Assembly (NCBI GenBank): GCA_951406725.2
Contig: OX597832.1
Span: 52,700,001-52,764,000 of the forward strand
Length of the DNA: 64,000 nucleotides
DNA from: Octopus vulgaris
Taxonomy: Eukaryota
Direction of reading: 5' to 3'
Under the pieces are notes generated by a model. It did not search any database. It saw only the letters and a list, made by a program, of their open reading frames with translations, and was not told where the DNA came from. A program made the translations under genes and the position numbers. How positions within the stretch are numbered: position 1 is the stretch's first letter; each line of letters starts with the position of its first letter. Shown here piece after piece: positions 1 to 12,700 of the stretch.

Positions 1-123
1 CCAGGACTTATTCTTTGTAAGCCCAGTACTTATTCTATCGGTCTCTTTTGCTGAACCGCTAAGTGACGGGGACGTAAACACACCAGCATCGGTTGTCAAG
101 CAATGCTAGGGGGCCAAACACAG

Positions 124-168
<45 letters not shown>

Positions 169-331
169 TATGACAGGCTTCTTTCAGTTTCCGTCTACCA
201 AATCCACTCACAACGCATTGGTTGGCCCGGAGCTATAGCAGAAGACACTTGCCCAAGATGCCACGCAGTGGGACTAAACCCAGAACCATGTGGTTGGTTA
301 GCAAACTACTTACCACACAGCCACTCCTGCA
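1..331 (-). mobile_element. tRNA-derived SINE family A (about 400 bp, internal (TA)n, AGTAAAAG-type tail)
   Basis: Head GCAGGAGTGGCTGTGTGG...GGGTTTAGTCCC (pol III A/B boxes); many copies in the window; this copy is cut by the window edge. Confidence 0.85.
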
Positions 332-589
332 CCTATATATATAATATGATATATGGCTCAAATGCCCTTCCTAATGCCAACCACTCCAAGAGCGTAATGG
401 GTGCTGTTATGTGTCACTGGCACAGGTGCCATTTGCATGACACCAATATCTGCTATGACTGCAATTTTACCTGGCTTGATGAGCCTTTTTCTCAAGCATG
501 ACATAATGTCAAAGGTCTCAGTCATTGCCTCTGCAAGGTCCAACACTCGAAAGGTGCTTTTCTTACATACATATATATATCCATACAGG

Positions 590-880
590 GCGAAGTCACT
601 TGACCCTGTTATCTCCCCTACTATCCCTCTAGCGTCTAACGTCTGACCTCTGATTTCTGCCTGAAGTCAGAATACCATAATGGACCGTGAAGCTCCTACA
701 CGCATTTTTTCTCTCCTTGTTTTTTTCTGTGTATCTATCTTTCTGTCGAAGAGCGTAGGCTTGAAACGTAAAAGACTTGTTCTATTTCTATTCCTGAGCG
801 CCATACTAATACATTTGTTTGTTTGTACTCCACCTGCCTTCGTCTTTTGTTTATTTTCGTAAACCTTCCCGTTATATATA
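590..880 (+). mobile_element. Penelope-like short repeat with hammerhead-like motif (A6U family, copy 1)
   Basis: TCTTT-CTGTCGA-A-GAGC GTAG GCTT-GAAA-CGTA-AAAGA at 738-775; homologous copies at 12835, 28575 and 56745. Confidence 0.6.
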
Positions 881-1149
881 TACATACATACATACATATA
901 TATAATTAAGATTCAGTTGAATTAGACACTTAAATTGAGGTGCCTTGCTACGTCGGTATAATCCGTACACCCAAGCAATATTAATTGAATATTGAATATC
1001 GGGTGTTTGTACCTGATGTTTTCACCGTGTTTGGAGACAAAGCAACTCAGCAAAGTGAAGATATCCGCTCTTGGTAATTCAGACATGTAGTTTTAAAACG
1101 GTAATTTCTATAGTATTTTCAAAATATATCAATACATGCATATATATAT

Positions 1150-1624
1150 ATATTGGCCGCGTCGGAACAAATATCAGAATTAATCAGCCGAAATTTGCTA
1201 GGATGATTCGATTTCTGACTGAATTGGTGTCTTCAAGCCATGAAGTCGTTGTTCTAAAAGAACGCTGGTCTCCTTGACAACGCTTTACGACGTTGATTTC
1301 CTTACACTCCCTTCCCCACAGCTTCACGAGGGAGGGAAGAAGGGGGAGAAGCAAACACAGGTGCAGGTGTTTGAGCATGGACGCCAACTCCGCCGCCATC
1401 GACACACGAAAAATTATGCATTAAAATGGAATAAAAAATTATGTTAAATTATTTTTTAAATCGTAGACTCATCGTAGACGCGCGCTAATACTCAGACGGG
1501 CTCGATATGAATCACGACTATAAGATACCCAAATTTGATTAAACTGCACCGCAAAATGTGGGAGTAGTTAGGAATCTAAATCGAAGGGGACAGACACTCA
1601 CAACTACAGTTTTATATATATAGA
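1150..1624 (-). mobile_element. Non-autonomous Helitron, 3'-truncated
   Basis: Starts A|TCTATATATATAAAA on the minus strand; body shared with 1791-2284 and 58517-59017. Confidence 0.75.
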
Positions 1625-1790
1625 TATATATCCAATGGCTGTTTGTTGACAACTTTTTCCCTGTTTAAGGGTGATAATGCCTAATTTTTCTGGTGTTTTA
1701 ATGGTGATTACTGCATTCGAAATATCACTTTCTTGTCTGCATCATGCAATACAGATTCAATGCTAATGTAAATTTGTTTATAAACGCATA

Positions 1791-2284
1791 TCTTTATATA
1801 TAAAAGTGAAGTTGTGTCTCTGTCTCCTAAAATTTAGATTCCTAACTACTCCCACATTTTGCAGTGCAGTTTAACCAATCTTATAGTCGTGATTCATATT
1901 ATCGAGCCCTTCTGGGTATTAGCGCGCGTCTATGATGAGTCTACGATTTTAAAAAAAATTTACCATCATTTTTTTCCATTTTAATGCACTTTTTTGCTAT
2001 TATATAAGGGAAGTAACTCTCTAAAAATATCTACGATGAGTCAACGATTTAAAAAAAAATTTATCATAATTTTTTTCCATTTTAATGCATTTTTTCGCTA
2101 TTATATAAGGGAAGTAACTCTCTAAAAATGTCTATAATGAGTCAACGATTTAAAAAAAAATTTACCATCATTTTTTTCCCCATTTTGAATGCATTTTTTT
2201 GCTATTTTTTGGCTATAACTCTCTAAAAATGTTTATATAGTTATTTCCCTTACAAACCCGAGCAATGCCGGGCGAGACTGCTAG
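1791..2284 (+). mobile_element. Non-autonomous Helitron with internal ~110-bp tandem triplication
   Basis: 5' TC, 3' hairpin CCCGAGCAATGCCGGG followed by CTAG, inserted between A and T, no TSD. Confidence 0.85.
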
Positions 2285-2384
2285 TAGATATATATTTCAA
2301 TGATAGCAAATAATAAAAAACTGTTGGAGAAGGTATTGTTAATGTGTATATTTATATATTTGTTTCCCTTCTTTAAATCTCTAG

Positions 2385-2592
2385 ATATATCTATCCAGAT
2401 GATATTGCAACCTGGTTTGAAAAGTCAACAATTACCAATATGAAACCACTTTCACTCAAAAAGTTACAGTGTTGGTGTCTCGGTTTAGAGGCAAAGGAGC
2501 TGGCGATTGCTCAGCCAGTATTAGTGGAAAATGTATTAGCAAAGTTACACCAAGTTGGTTTTGTTTATAGCCCTTCATATCATGGAATGTAA
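2385..2592 (+). CDS. Probable terminal coding exon of an unidentified convergent gene (YIYPDDIATWFEKSTITNMKPLSLKKLQCWCLGLEAKELAIAQPVLVENVLAKLHQVGFVYSPSYHGM*)
   Basis: Pyrimidine-rich acceptor tgtttcccttctttaaatctctag; 68 open codons in non-repetitive sequence; TAA at 2590-2592; AATAAA at 2661 and 2683. Product not recognised. Confidence 0.6.
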
Positions 2593-2784
2593 AAGGTAGG
2601 CTATTAGACATTAATTTCCTCCAAAGAAACTAGAAAATATACTGTTGTATTAACTTCTTAAATAAAACATTCAAAGAATTCAAATAAAGTAGCCCCAAAA
2701 AGGGCTTTAATACGTTCCCAGAGTATATGGTTCTTAAGAGGAAAATACTTAAATGGTATGTATACCAAAATCATGAAGCATGTT

Positions 2785-3236
2785 ATTACATGACATGTCA
2801 GAGATTCGCCAGAGGGGCAGGGCCAACCCATAACATTGCATGACATGTCAGATTCGCCAGAGGGTCAGGGGCAACCCATAACATTACATGACATGTCAGA
2901 GGTTCGCCAGAGGGGCAGGGCCAACCCATAACATTATATGACATGTCAGATTCGCCAGAGGGGCAGGGCCAACCCATAACATTGCATGACATGTCAGATT
3001 CGCCAGAGGGTCAGGGGCAACCCATAACATTACATGACATGTCAGAGATTCGCCAGAGGGGCAGGGCCAACCCATAACATTGCATGACATGTCAGAGATT
3101 CGCCAGAGGGGCAGGGCCAACCCATAACATTGCATGACATGTCAGATTCGCCAGAGGGTCAGGGACAACCCATAACATTACATGACATGTCGAAGATTCG
3201 CCAGAGGGGCAGGGCCAACCCATAACATTACATGAC
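2785..3236. repeat. 48-50 bp minisatellite, about 9 units, 3-unit higher-order period
   Basis: Unit GATTCGCCAGAGGGGCAGGGCCAACCCATAACATTACATGACATGTCA(GA); the GGTCAGGG variant recurs every third unit. Confidence 0.95.
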
Positions 3237-3795
3237 AGGCTAATCAGATATGAGATACACTGTGTAACAAAATTTTTATTTTATTTTATTGTCTTTGGTT
3301 AGTAAGTGTTATTTCCTATTTGCTTCTATTTAGAAATCAAAGGAAATGACTGCTATTCCCTTCACACTTTGCTTTTGTGACCTAGATATCAATGTTTTGA
3401 AACTGACCTATTTCCCATTACATTTCAGACAGATTCAGCACTGAGTTGCTGAAGCAGAAATATCGTTATAGCAAATATCCTGCTCAGTACCACAGATTTG
3501 CTTGTCAGTTGCTTGACCTTAACCACTTGAGCATGTCCCTTAGTGGCTGACGATATACGCATCTCTGATTGTGAACAGGATTAGCTGGGGAGCATCATAG
3601 CCATGTGTTGAGTGGGATTCTTTGGGATTTTAATAAATTTAACAGAAGCAAAGTTCGAAGGAAATATTAGCCATTTTTCATACTTTCATGTTCTAAAATA
3701 AGTTGAAAGGTAAGCTACTATAAATCGGCATGAACTTTCCAGACAACCCTCTGTAAGGCCCACATATTTCTTCGCTGAAACCGTGTCCTTATAAT

Positions 3796-4168
3796 AGGCG
3801 CAGGAGTGGCTGTGTGGTAAAGTAGCTTGCTAACCAACCACATGGTTCCGGGTTCAGTCCCACTGCGTGACATCTTGGGCAAGTGTCTTCCGCTATAGCC
3901 CCGGGCCGACCAATGCGTTGTGAGTGGATTTGGTAGACGGAAACTGAAAGAAGCCTGTTGTATATATGTATATATATATATATGTATGCATGTGTGTCTG
4001 TGTTTGTCCCCCCAACATCGCTTGACAACCGATGCTGGTGTGTTTACGTTCCCGTCACTTAGCGGTTCGGTAAAAAGAGACCGATAGAATAAGTACTGGG
4101 CTTACAAAGAATAAGTCCCGGGGTCGATTTGCTCGACTAAAGGCGGTGCTCCAGCATGGCCGCAGCAG
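3796..4168 (+). mobile_element. SINE family A
   Basis: Full tRNA-like head and body; tail replaced by (TA)n. Confidence 0.85.
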
Positions 4169-4384
4169 ATATATATCTATATATATATATATCTATATAT
4201 ATATATATACGGGGGAGGGGGCTGAAAAGTTCTTGGCTTTGGGTAAAAGGATATATAGTTGGATCAGTTACTTAAGATTTTATTCAGCATATTCCATTCT
4301 CAGACTCGCATGCTTATTGCAGTGGCCCTTCAATTCTTCTAATCCCTGTAAAAGAACTCAGAAGGTTTGGACTCCAACCAATTA

Positions 4385-5072
4385 ATAATATCATGAAAAG
4401 AAAGAAATGAGGAGATGCCAGAAAAATCCAGTTCATTTTGGGATAGAGTGAATTTCTCAGATGAACCCAGATTTGCATTATTTTTAGACAGTAGACATGT
4501 TTGGGTCTGGAGGCTTCCCAATCAAGAATTTGATTTGAAAAAACTCCAACCAACTGTGAAACATGACGGTATCTCTGCAATGGTATGGGGAGCTGTTACC
4601 AGCAATGGTCGTTCTGAGCTGATTGAATGTGTTGGAACCATAAACTCTGAAAAATACATCGAAATACTTAAGCAAGGATTACTTCCGATGTATTCACATA
4701 ATAACATAACAAAAAATGAGTTTTTATTCATGGAAGATGGGGCTCCATGCCATACAGTGAAAAGGAATCAACAATGGCTGACTGAAAATGGGATGAAAAA
4801 GCTAACTTGGCCCAGCCAATCTCTTGACATGAACCCAATTGAAAATCTATGGAGCATACGACATAGAGCTATACGAAAAACTCAACAGAAACCTCTGGCT
4901 AATCTAATATGTCATGTAATGTTATGGATTGAGTCTACCCCTCTGGCGAATCTGACATGTCATGTATTGTTATGAATTGGGTCTACCCCTCTGGCTAAAA
5001 GTGAATTTTTTTGATTGTTGCATGAAAAGTGTGCAGAAATTCCACAAAGCTCATCAGTTCAATGCCAAAGAG
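4385..5072 (+). pseudogene. Tc1-family DD34E transposase fragment (catalytic half)
   Basis: FSDE, TVKH, MVWG, FMEDGAPCH, WPSQSLDMNPIENLW, with 34 residues between D and E. The C-terminal LISSMPKR resumes after a satellite insertion. The N-terminal HTH is absent. Confidence 0.9.
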
Positions 5073-5750
5073 ACATGACATGTCAAGGGGGAGGGGATTT
5101 GCCAGGGCATAACATTACATGACATGTCAGATTAGCCAGAGGGGCAGGGCCAACTCATAACATTACATGACATATCAGATTCGCCAGAGGGGTAGACCCA
5201 ACCTATAACATTACATATCAGATTTGCCAGAGGGACAGGGCCAATCCATAACATTACACGACATGTCAGAGATTTGCCAGAGGGGCAGGGCCAACCCATA
5301 ACATTACATGGAGATTCGCCAGAGCCAACCCATAACATTACATGACATGTCAAATTCGCCAGAGGGGCAGGTCCAAACCATAACATTACATGACATGTCA
5401 AATTCGCCAGAGGGGCAGGGCCAACCCATAACATTACATGACATGTCAGAGATTCGCCAGAGGGGCAGGGCCAACCCATAACATTACATGACATGTCGAA
5501 GATTCGCCAGAGGGGCAGGGCAGTGCTTGACATTACATGACATGTCAGAGATTCGCCAGAGGGGCAGACAAAATCCATAACATTACATGACAGGGATTCG
5601 CCAGAGGGGCAGTGGCAATCCATAACATTACATGACATGCCGGAGATTCGCCAGAGGGGCAGGGCCAATCCATAACATTACATGACATGTCAGGGATTCG
5701 CCAGAGTGGCAAGGCCAATCCATAACATTACATGTCATGTCAGAGATTTG
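5073..5750. repeat. Second array of the 48-50 bp minisatellite (about 14 units)
   Basis: Same unit and orientation as 2785-3236; more diverged at the edges. Confidence 0.95.
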
Positions 5751-6004
5751 GTAGAGCAAGATGTGTTTTGTAGCAATTCAAGTGACCTTTAACCCTATAA
5801 AAACGCCCAATGTGGTTTAAAATGATTACATGAGAGTATATAGTGGGGAGACTAAGGGAGTTCGTTGAGTGGTGTCAAGTGAAATTTGATGCAGAAGTAA
5901 CCCGTAACTGCAGAAACTATGTGTGAGAGTATTTATTCTTCTGGAACCATCATAGTTGAGGAATATCGCAGAATATGACTGTTAGTAGTATGATATTTTA
6001 GAGG

Positions 6005-6242
6005 CAAGGCGGCGGACTGGCAGAAACGTTAGCACGTCGGGCAAAATGCGTAGCCGTATTTCGTCTGCTGTTACGTTCTGAGTTCAAATTCCGCCGAGGT
6101 CGACTTTGCCTTTCATCCTTTCAGGGTTGATTAAATAAGTACCAGTAACGCACTGGGGTCGATATAATCGACTTAATCCGTTTGTCTGTCCTTGTTTGTC
6201 CCCTCTGTGTTTAGCCCCTTTTGTGGGTAGTAAAGAAATAGA
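6005..6242 (+). mobile_element. tRNA-derived SINE family B with Meta-SINE-like core
   Basis: GAGTTCAAATTCC B box; core GCCTTTCATCCTTTC.GGGT.GAT.AA.TAAGTACCAG; 16-bp TSD GATATTTTAGAGGCAA. Confidence 0.88.
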
Positions 6243-6289
6243 TATTTTAGAGGCAACAACACAGGTTTTTTTTTTTTATAATATTGTTT

Positions 6290-6295
6290 TTTATT
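6290..6295 (-). promoter_or_regulatory. Candidate polyadenylation signal for a long USP6NL 3'UTR
   Basis: AATAAA on the minus strand near the end of the non-mobile sequence before a SINE; other candidates exist (for example 7341). Confidence 0.25.
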
Positions 6296-6894
6296 GCATC
6301 CTTGTCTTGATTAAATCATTAAAAACAATAGAATATGACAATATAGGAAATGAGACAAGCAAGTATTTTAATTTGAAAACAAAACAAAAAAAAAAAAAAA
6401 ATTAATATTACAATGAAGCATTAATTCAATCCAGAGTTTAACAAACCAACAGAATCAGAAATGAATTTCAAAATAGATTGGAAGAATTCAAATACTGGTC
6501 TCTGTTTAACAACAGACAAGGAGTGCGGCACATCAATGAGTCATTGGAACCTGATGACTCCTAGGCATCGACATGTGACAGTATGAGAGTATACACCATG
6601 TCTTAGTAATATAAAGACATCAGGTGTGTATATATATATATATATATATGGTGTGTATATATGGTGTATGTGTGTGTGTGAAAATGTATGTGTTTATAAA
6701 AAAGTATAAGAGAGAGAGGGAGAGGATGACAAATAAAGAGGCAAAGCTTTTAACGAATCGTCAAATTACAATCAAAGGTATGTTCGTTATAGAAATTAAA
6801 AACAAACAATTAGATTTCATAACAACTTCATGATCGAATCAAAAAGAGCCAAACTGCATGTGTGCGTGTATATGCATGTATGTATGTATGTATG

Positions 6895-6938
<44 letters not shown>

Positions 6939-6999
6939 CATACATACACTCACACATGCATATACCATTATAAATGTACACATACATACATATTTGTGA

Positions 7000-7064
<65 letters not shown>

Positions 7065-8172
7065 AGCATTAAATATATACACACAGCTATGAATATAGCA
7101 CATTCCAGTGTCTATATATATAAACACACACACAGAGACAGGCATATATATATATATATATGCAAGCATATAGCATATTCCTGTCTATATATGTATATAT
7201 GCATGCATATATGTATATATGTGTGTGTGTGTGAAGAGACAGACAAACAGATAGTCAGGTATTATTTGGTACTATTGATTAACTTTAAAAATTTATTACT
7301 AATAACAATTTGACTCAAGACTAACTTTTACCATGACCATTTTATTCAACCAAATAAGTTGTTTCAGATAATATTTTATGTATGTGGGTATACATATTCC
7401 TATATGAGTCCATACACACAGACACCTCTCTCTCTCTAGACCCTTGGATATATATATATATATATTATTCTTTTACTTGTTTCAGTCATTTGACTGTGGC
7501 CATGCTGGTGCACCGCCTTTAGTTGAACTAATCGACCACAGAAATTATTCTATCAGTCTCTTTTGCCGAACCGCTAAGTTACAGGGACGTAAACACACCA
7601 GCATCAGTTGTCAAGTGATGTTGGGAGGTCAAACACAGACGCACAAACATATATATATCTCCAAGGGTCTACTAAAAATCAAAGACCAAGATATAAAATA
7701 ATCCTAAGAATAAATACATACATATTGCACCTACACACTTATACATATATGCAAATGTGTGTGTGTGAATATATACATATATATGAAACAGAAACATCTT
7801 AGAGAAGCCAGTAGTGAGTGGCATGTATTTCAACAACAAAAGACATATACAGGTATATTAGATAGATTCTTGATGTATTGAAATTATCTCTGCTTCCAGA
7901 GACAATAGACTAATTGTTTGGTGCTAGTTGGCACCAGTGCCAAACAAGGATGGGAGATAATTTCAAGAATCAAGAATTCTCCACAACTGACATGCCACTA
8001 TTGAAAGGACAGGTCTAGTTGTCCGGAGAAAAGACAGCTGGAACCACGATTCTGTCTCAATGTCATCAGCACTGCAGTTGTCCTACTTTGCTTCCCGGCA
8101 GAACAAGATAATTAGACATATACAAAAACAAAGTGGACACACACACATACATATTATAGTGAGAAAGACTTC

Positions 8173-8203
<31 letters not shown>

Positions 8204-8206
8204 TAT

Positions 8207-8253
<47 letters not shown>

Positions 8254-8713
8254 TATATATATATATATGCACACACACATATATATATACATATGCACAC
8301 ACACATACGCAGTCTGAAAGCATGAAATCCATATTTATATAGATGGTGTGTGTGTGTGTTTGAGATAAGGAAAAGGAAAGAGTATCCAAACAAGGGGTTA
8401 ACAACTACATTGATCTGTCAGAATCTGCTAGTTGTTGTTGTTGTTGCAGAGATATGGAGAAAAATAAATACATAGATAAATAAGAATAAAAAATAGAAGA
8501 GAATGTTGTTGGAGTGATGGGTGGTGTGAATGTAAGAAAGAAAAATATAGGGTCTGGGGGGTATAGAAAGTCTTTATGGAAGCAGATTTGTACATTGAAA
8601 CACTTTGGTTGTTTCTTCAGGTAAGTTCTTTAAAATTCATGTTGTTATATTTAAACGATTGCTTTCAAGGGACGAAGTGAAAGAAATTTTAAGTACAAAA
8701 TATTCTGATTTGT

Positions 8714-9756
8714 TTACATGTACATATACACACTGGGTTTTGACATTTGGATAGTGGACACCTCTTTAGCTGGCATAGTGACTACAGCCGGTGGTGCAAC
8801 AGTGGCAGTGCTAAGGTTTAAATCTTGTTTCTCTAAGAAACCATTCTGCTCTTGAAATGTTTCTTGTACTCCACTGATATAATGATCTGATGAAGAGACT
8901 TTGAGCATATTTTCGCAATGATCTGACTGTTGGCCAAATCCATTGGTGAGGTTTTGTTTTGTTGCTGGAGTTTTATTAACAATAAACCCATCTGACTTAC
9001 TGATGGGGATACTCGAAGGTATTATTTGAGTATCTTTATTTGTGTCATTGTCTTTGTCATAAAGATTATCATAATCAGGGGTTTGGACATTTTCACCAGC
9101 AGTCTTATCATGTTCACTATCAAGTATCATGCCTTCAGGTGTCTTTGAACCAATCATAAACTCGCGAGCTGTCTCAGCCGAACCAGCATCAACTGAAGCA
9201 GCATCAACTTCATCTATATTTGTGGTACTGTCCATTCCAATTGACAAACTAATGTCGGAGGCATCTGCAAAGGAAGTCCTTGAACTCTGGTTGGATGTTC
9301 TAGAGTTGAAATCAAGCAAAGACAGTCGAGAGTTAGTTGCTGTATCATAATATGACGATCGATCATCGGTTGAGTATTCTGAATATTGACCTGACTGCAT
9401 TGATCTCGTGTCAGCTCGACTTCGAGATAATTCAGGGGTAGTACTACTGCTTGTGGCTCGTCTCCGTGAGTAGGACTTCCCACTTCGTGTGTTCTTGCGG
9501 AAATGTTCATCAAGTGATTCAATGGGTTTCTTGTTGATGTATTGTTCAATGCTTGGTTGGATATCTAAACCAAATGGTAATGTTGGAAACTCGTTTGATT
9601 TTGGTTTTGGCCCAACATCCATTTTACCTTTACGGAGTTCATCTAAACTTAACTGTAGCTGATCAATGACTGTGTCGTCATCATAACCAAAATCCTTCTC
9701 TAACTGATAATGGAGAAAATTCAGGATTTCATCCATTTGCATTCGAACAAGCTTTC
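8714..9756 (-). CDS. USP6NL: USP6NL last coding exon (end of TBC region plus Ser/Thr/Asp-rich disordered tail)
   Basis: attttcag acceptor at 9757; in frame with the 342-aa ORF 8714..9742; [16 protein letters not shown] and EFPTLPFG resemble the post-TBC segment of the family; TAA at 8714-8716. Confidence 0.93.
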
Positions 9757-12700
9757 CTGAAAATATAGAAAACAGTATTTACAATGTGAAATTTGGAAGT
9801 TCAGGAATAAAGATTATTAACAGTTACAGTAAAGACTATTGACCATTCTAATAAAGATGTAATAACGTTTGAATGAGGATGATGATGATGCAGCAGAGAA
9901 ATGAATGACGAACGATTAATTAATTATGAAGATGGCCATTTATTTAATATCATCATCATCATCATCATCATTTAAAATCAAAATCAAAATCGATCAACAT
10001 CAATGGAAATTTAGCTGTGATACCAGTGCCGGTGGCATGTAAGAGAACCTCCGATCGTGGCCGTTTGCCAGCCTCGTCTGGCACGTAAAAAGCACCCACT
10101 ACACTCTCGGAGTGGTTGGCATTAGGAAGGGCATCCAACCGTCCAACCCATGCTAGTATGGAAAGCAGATGCTAAACGATGATGATAATGATGTCTATGC
10201 TAGCATGAGTTAGATGGTTTGACAAACTGGCAAGCCAGAGGGTTGCACCAGGTTCCAGTCTGATTTGGTATGCTTTCTACAGCTAGATGCCTTTCCTAAT
10301 GCCAACCACTCTGAGAGTGTAATGGACGCTTTTTACGTGCCACCAGCATGGGTGCCATTTACATGACACCAGCGACAGCCACGACTACAATTCCATGGGT
10401 GCTTAGTCATTACAATAAAAAATAAACAACATTGTTGTGTCATTGTGAGTACACATTGTTTATAAATGCAGTAAGATATTTTCCATGGCTCCCTGGTTCG
10501 TTCTGTGTGGGGGCTAGCTTTAGCTCTGGGCTGCTAGAGAGAGGGACAGAGTGAAAGTGCTTTTAAAAATAGAGATAGTGATATGTCTAATCTCACATCA
10601 CTCTTTGAAGGGAAATTGCTTATGCTCCTGGTTTGGCTTTGCCTTTACCAAAGAGAGAGATAGTTATACTGCTTTTACTTTTATATGTTTACTAATTAAA
10701 GTAGGTCTGGCTAAAGCAATAGATTTCTCCAGAATTATCTTTTCTGACCCTTCCATGACTGGAGGAGGTCGCAGAGGTCAACTCATTCACATTAATCTCA
10801 AGTGCAGAGGAAAAAACAAAAGACCTGAAATCTGTTTGACAGTTAATGAAAACGTGGATTCGGTTTCAAATCCTCTTGGTTATTACTGTAGCTGTTTGCT
10901 AAAAAGTCAATCAACTGTACTAATTGCAAATCAATTGATAAACCAGCGAAACCGAACAAAGAACATCTAACTCAATGTTTCTCTTTCTAAACCTAATAGA
11001 ACACTCTCTCTCTTTCGGAGAGGCACTGAGCACCTACACGCACACATACACACACAGCAGTAACTTCCACCTACCGAATTCAATCACAAAGCTTTGGTCG
11101 GCTCAGGGCTATAGCAGAAGATACCTGCCCAAAGTGCCACGCAGTGGGACTGAACCCGAAACCATGTAGCTAGGAAGCAAGCTCCCTAACCACACAGCCG
11201 AGCCCGCGCCGTATGAAGCTAAACCATTCCATGTTAATTTGCAGTGATTTTTAAGTTGGTAGATGACTAACAGTTGGGAAAATCAGTTTTCTAATACCTC
11301 AGATATCATATCATTGTCATTGTGTTTTTAAAACTTTCAAAGCCTGGGGAATGTGTTCAATGACTTGGTAGACAAAATCATAACAATAAAGGACAAATAA
11401 TTGACAAATGTAAAGTGCAGTCATCATCATCATCGTTTAACGTCCGTTTTCCATGCTAGCATGGGTTGGACGGTTCAACTGGGGTCTGGGGAGCTAGTAG
11501 GCTGTGCCAGGCCCAGTCTGATCTGGCAGTGTTTCTACAGCTGGATGCCCTTCCTAATGCCTTCCGTGAGTGTAGTGGGTGCCTTTTACATGCCACCTGC
11601 ACAGGTGCCAGACAAGGCTGGCAACGGATGGTGCTTTTACGTGCCACTGGCACGGAAGCCAGTCGGGGCGGAGCAAATGTAAGAAAAGGGAGAAGTGAAA
11701 TGAAGCATTCCATGTTATTCTAATTGGAAAGATAGAGTATCTGCATGAGATAGGTAGTCTACAAACTGACACAAGGGACTGATAAAATAAAAGAGGGAAG
11801 TAAAACTAACCCCTGGGACCCAAACAAATCAGATCCAACAGATTAAATGAAACAAATTTACAACCGGGAACAATGAAAAAACAATTTTAAAAAAAAAGTA
11901 TAGGCACAGGTTTGCTTTGTAAGTACATGGCTCCAGGTTCAATCCCATTGTGTGGCACCTTGGGCAAGTATCTTCTGCTATAACCCAAATATGACTAAAG
12001 TGTCTTGTGAGTGGAGCTGGTAGGTGGAAACTGCATGGAAGCCCATCGTGTGTGGTGTGTACCCACCACCATCATTTGACAACTGATGTTGGTTTGTTTT
12101 TGTCCCAGAACTTAGCAGTTTGGGCAAAAGAGACCAAAAGAATAAGCACCAGACTTCATAAAAAAAAAAAAGTACAAGGGTCAACTTGTTTGGCTAAAAC
12201 CCTTCAAAGGCCGTGCCCCAGCATGGCTGCAGTCCAATGACAGAAACAAGCAAAAGACAAAATTATTATCAAAATTTTTCTACATTTATAAATTACAACA
12301 GATTAACTTACTCCGATGCATTTTGCAAATGTTGTATGCCATACCCACAAGCAACCGTTCTCCTTCAAGTATAAAGATATCCCACAGTCGTAAATTTAAG
12401 GAAAATGGTGTCTGGAAAAAGAGAAATAGGATCATTTTAAAAAGTAAACAATCTCAACTTTAAGGAAAAACATTACACGTTGAAAAGCTTGTACAAGTAA
12501 CCACATGTATTACAATACATCTATCTATCTGTCTAGGTCGTCCCTCAGGACGCCCCAAGACTGTTTCCACATATTTTCCCCATTCATCTCAATCTTCCGT
12601 AGTGGTCCTGTACCCCTTCCACACCAGTATCCTTCAAGTTGTCAATATGGGTTGTCTTCCTCCTTCCAACTTATACCAGGGACTACCAAAAGTAACATTG

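Noticed and set aside
2785-5750. CRISPR-like appearance of regular ~49-bp repeats, and long ORFs across them
   Set aside because: Units are contiguous with no unique spacers, there are no cas genes, and the context is eukaryotic; the ORFs are repeat translations.
6624-8404. ORFs rich in YI, HT and CV dipeptides
   Set aside because: Translations of (TA)n and (CA)n microsatellites in the probable 3'UTR.
9129-9549. Alternative-frame and antisense ORFs inside the last USP6NL exon
   Set aside because: Shadow ORFs of a real coding exon with no independent support.
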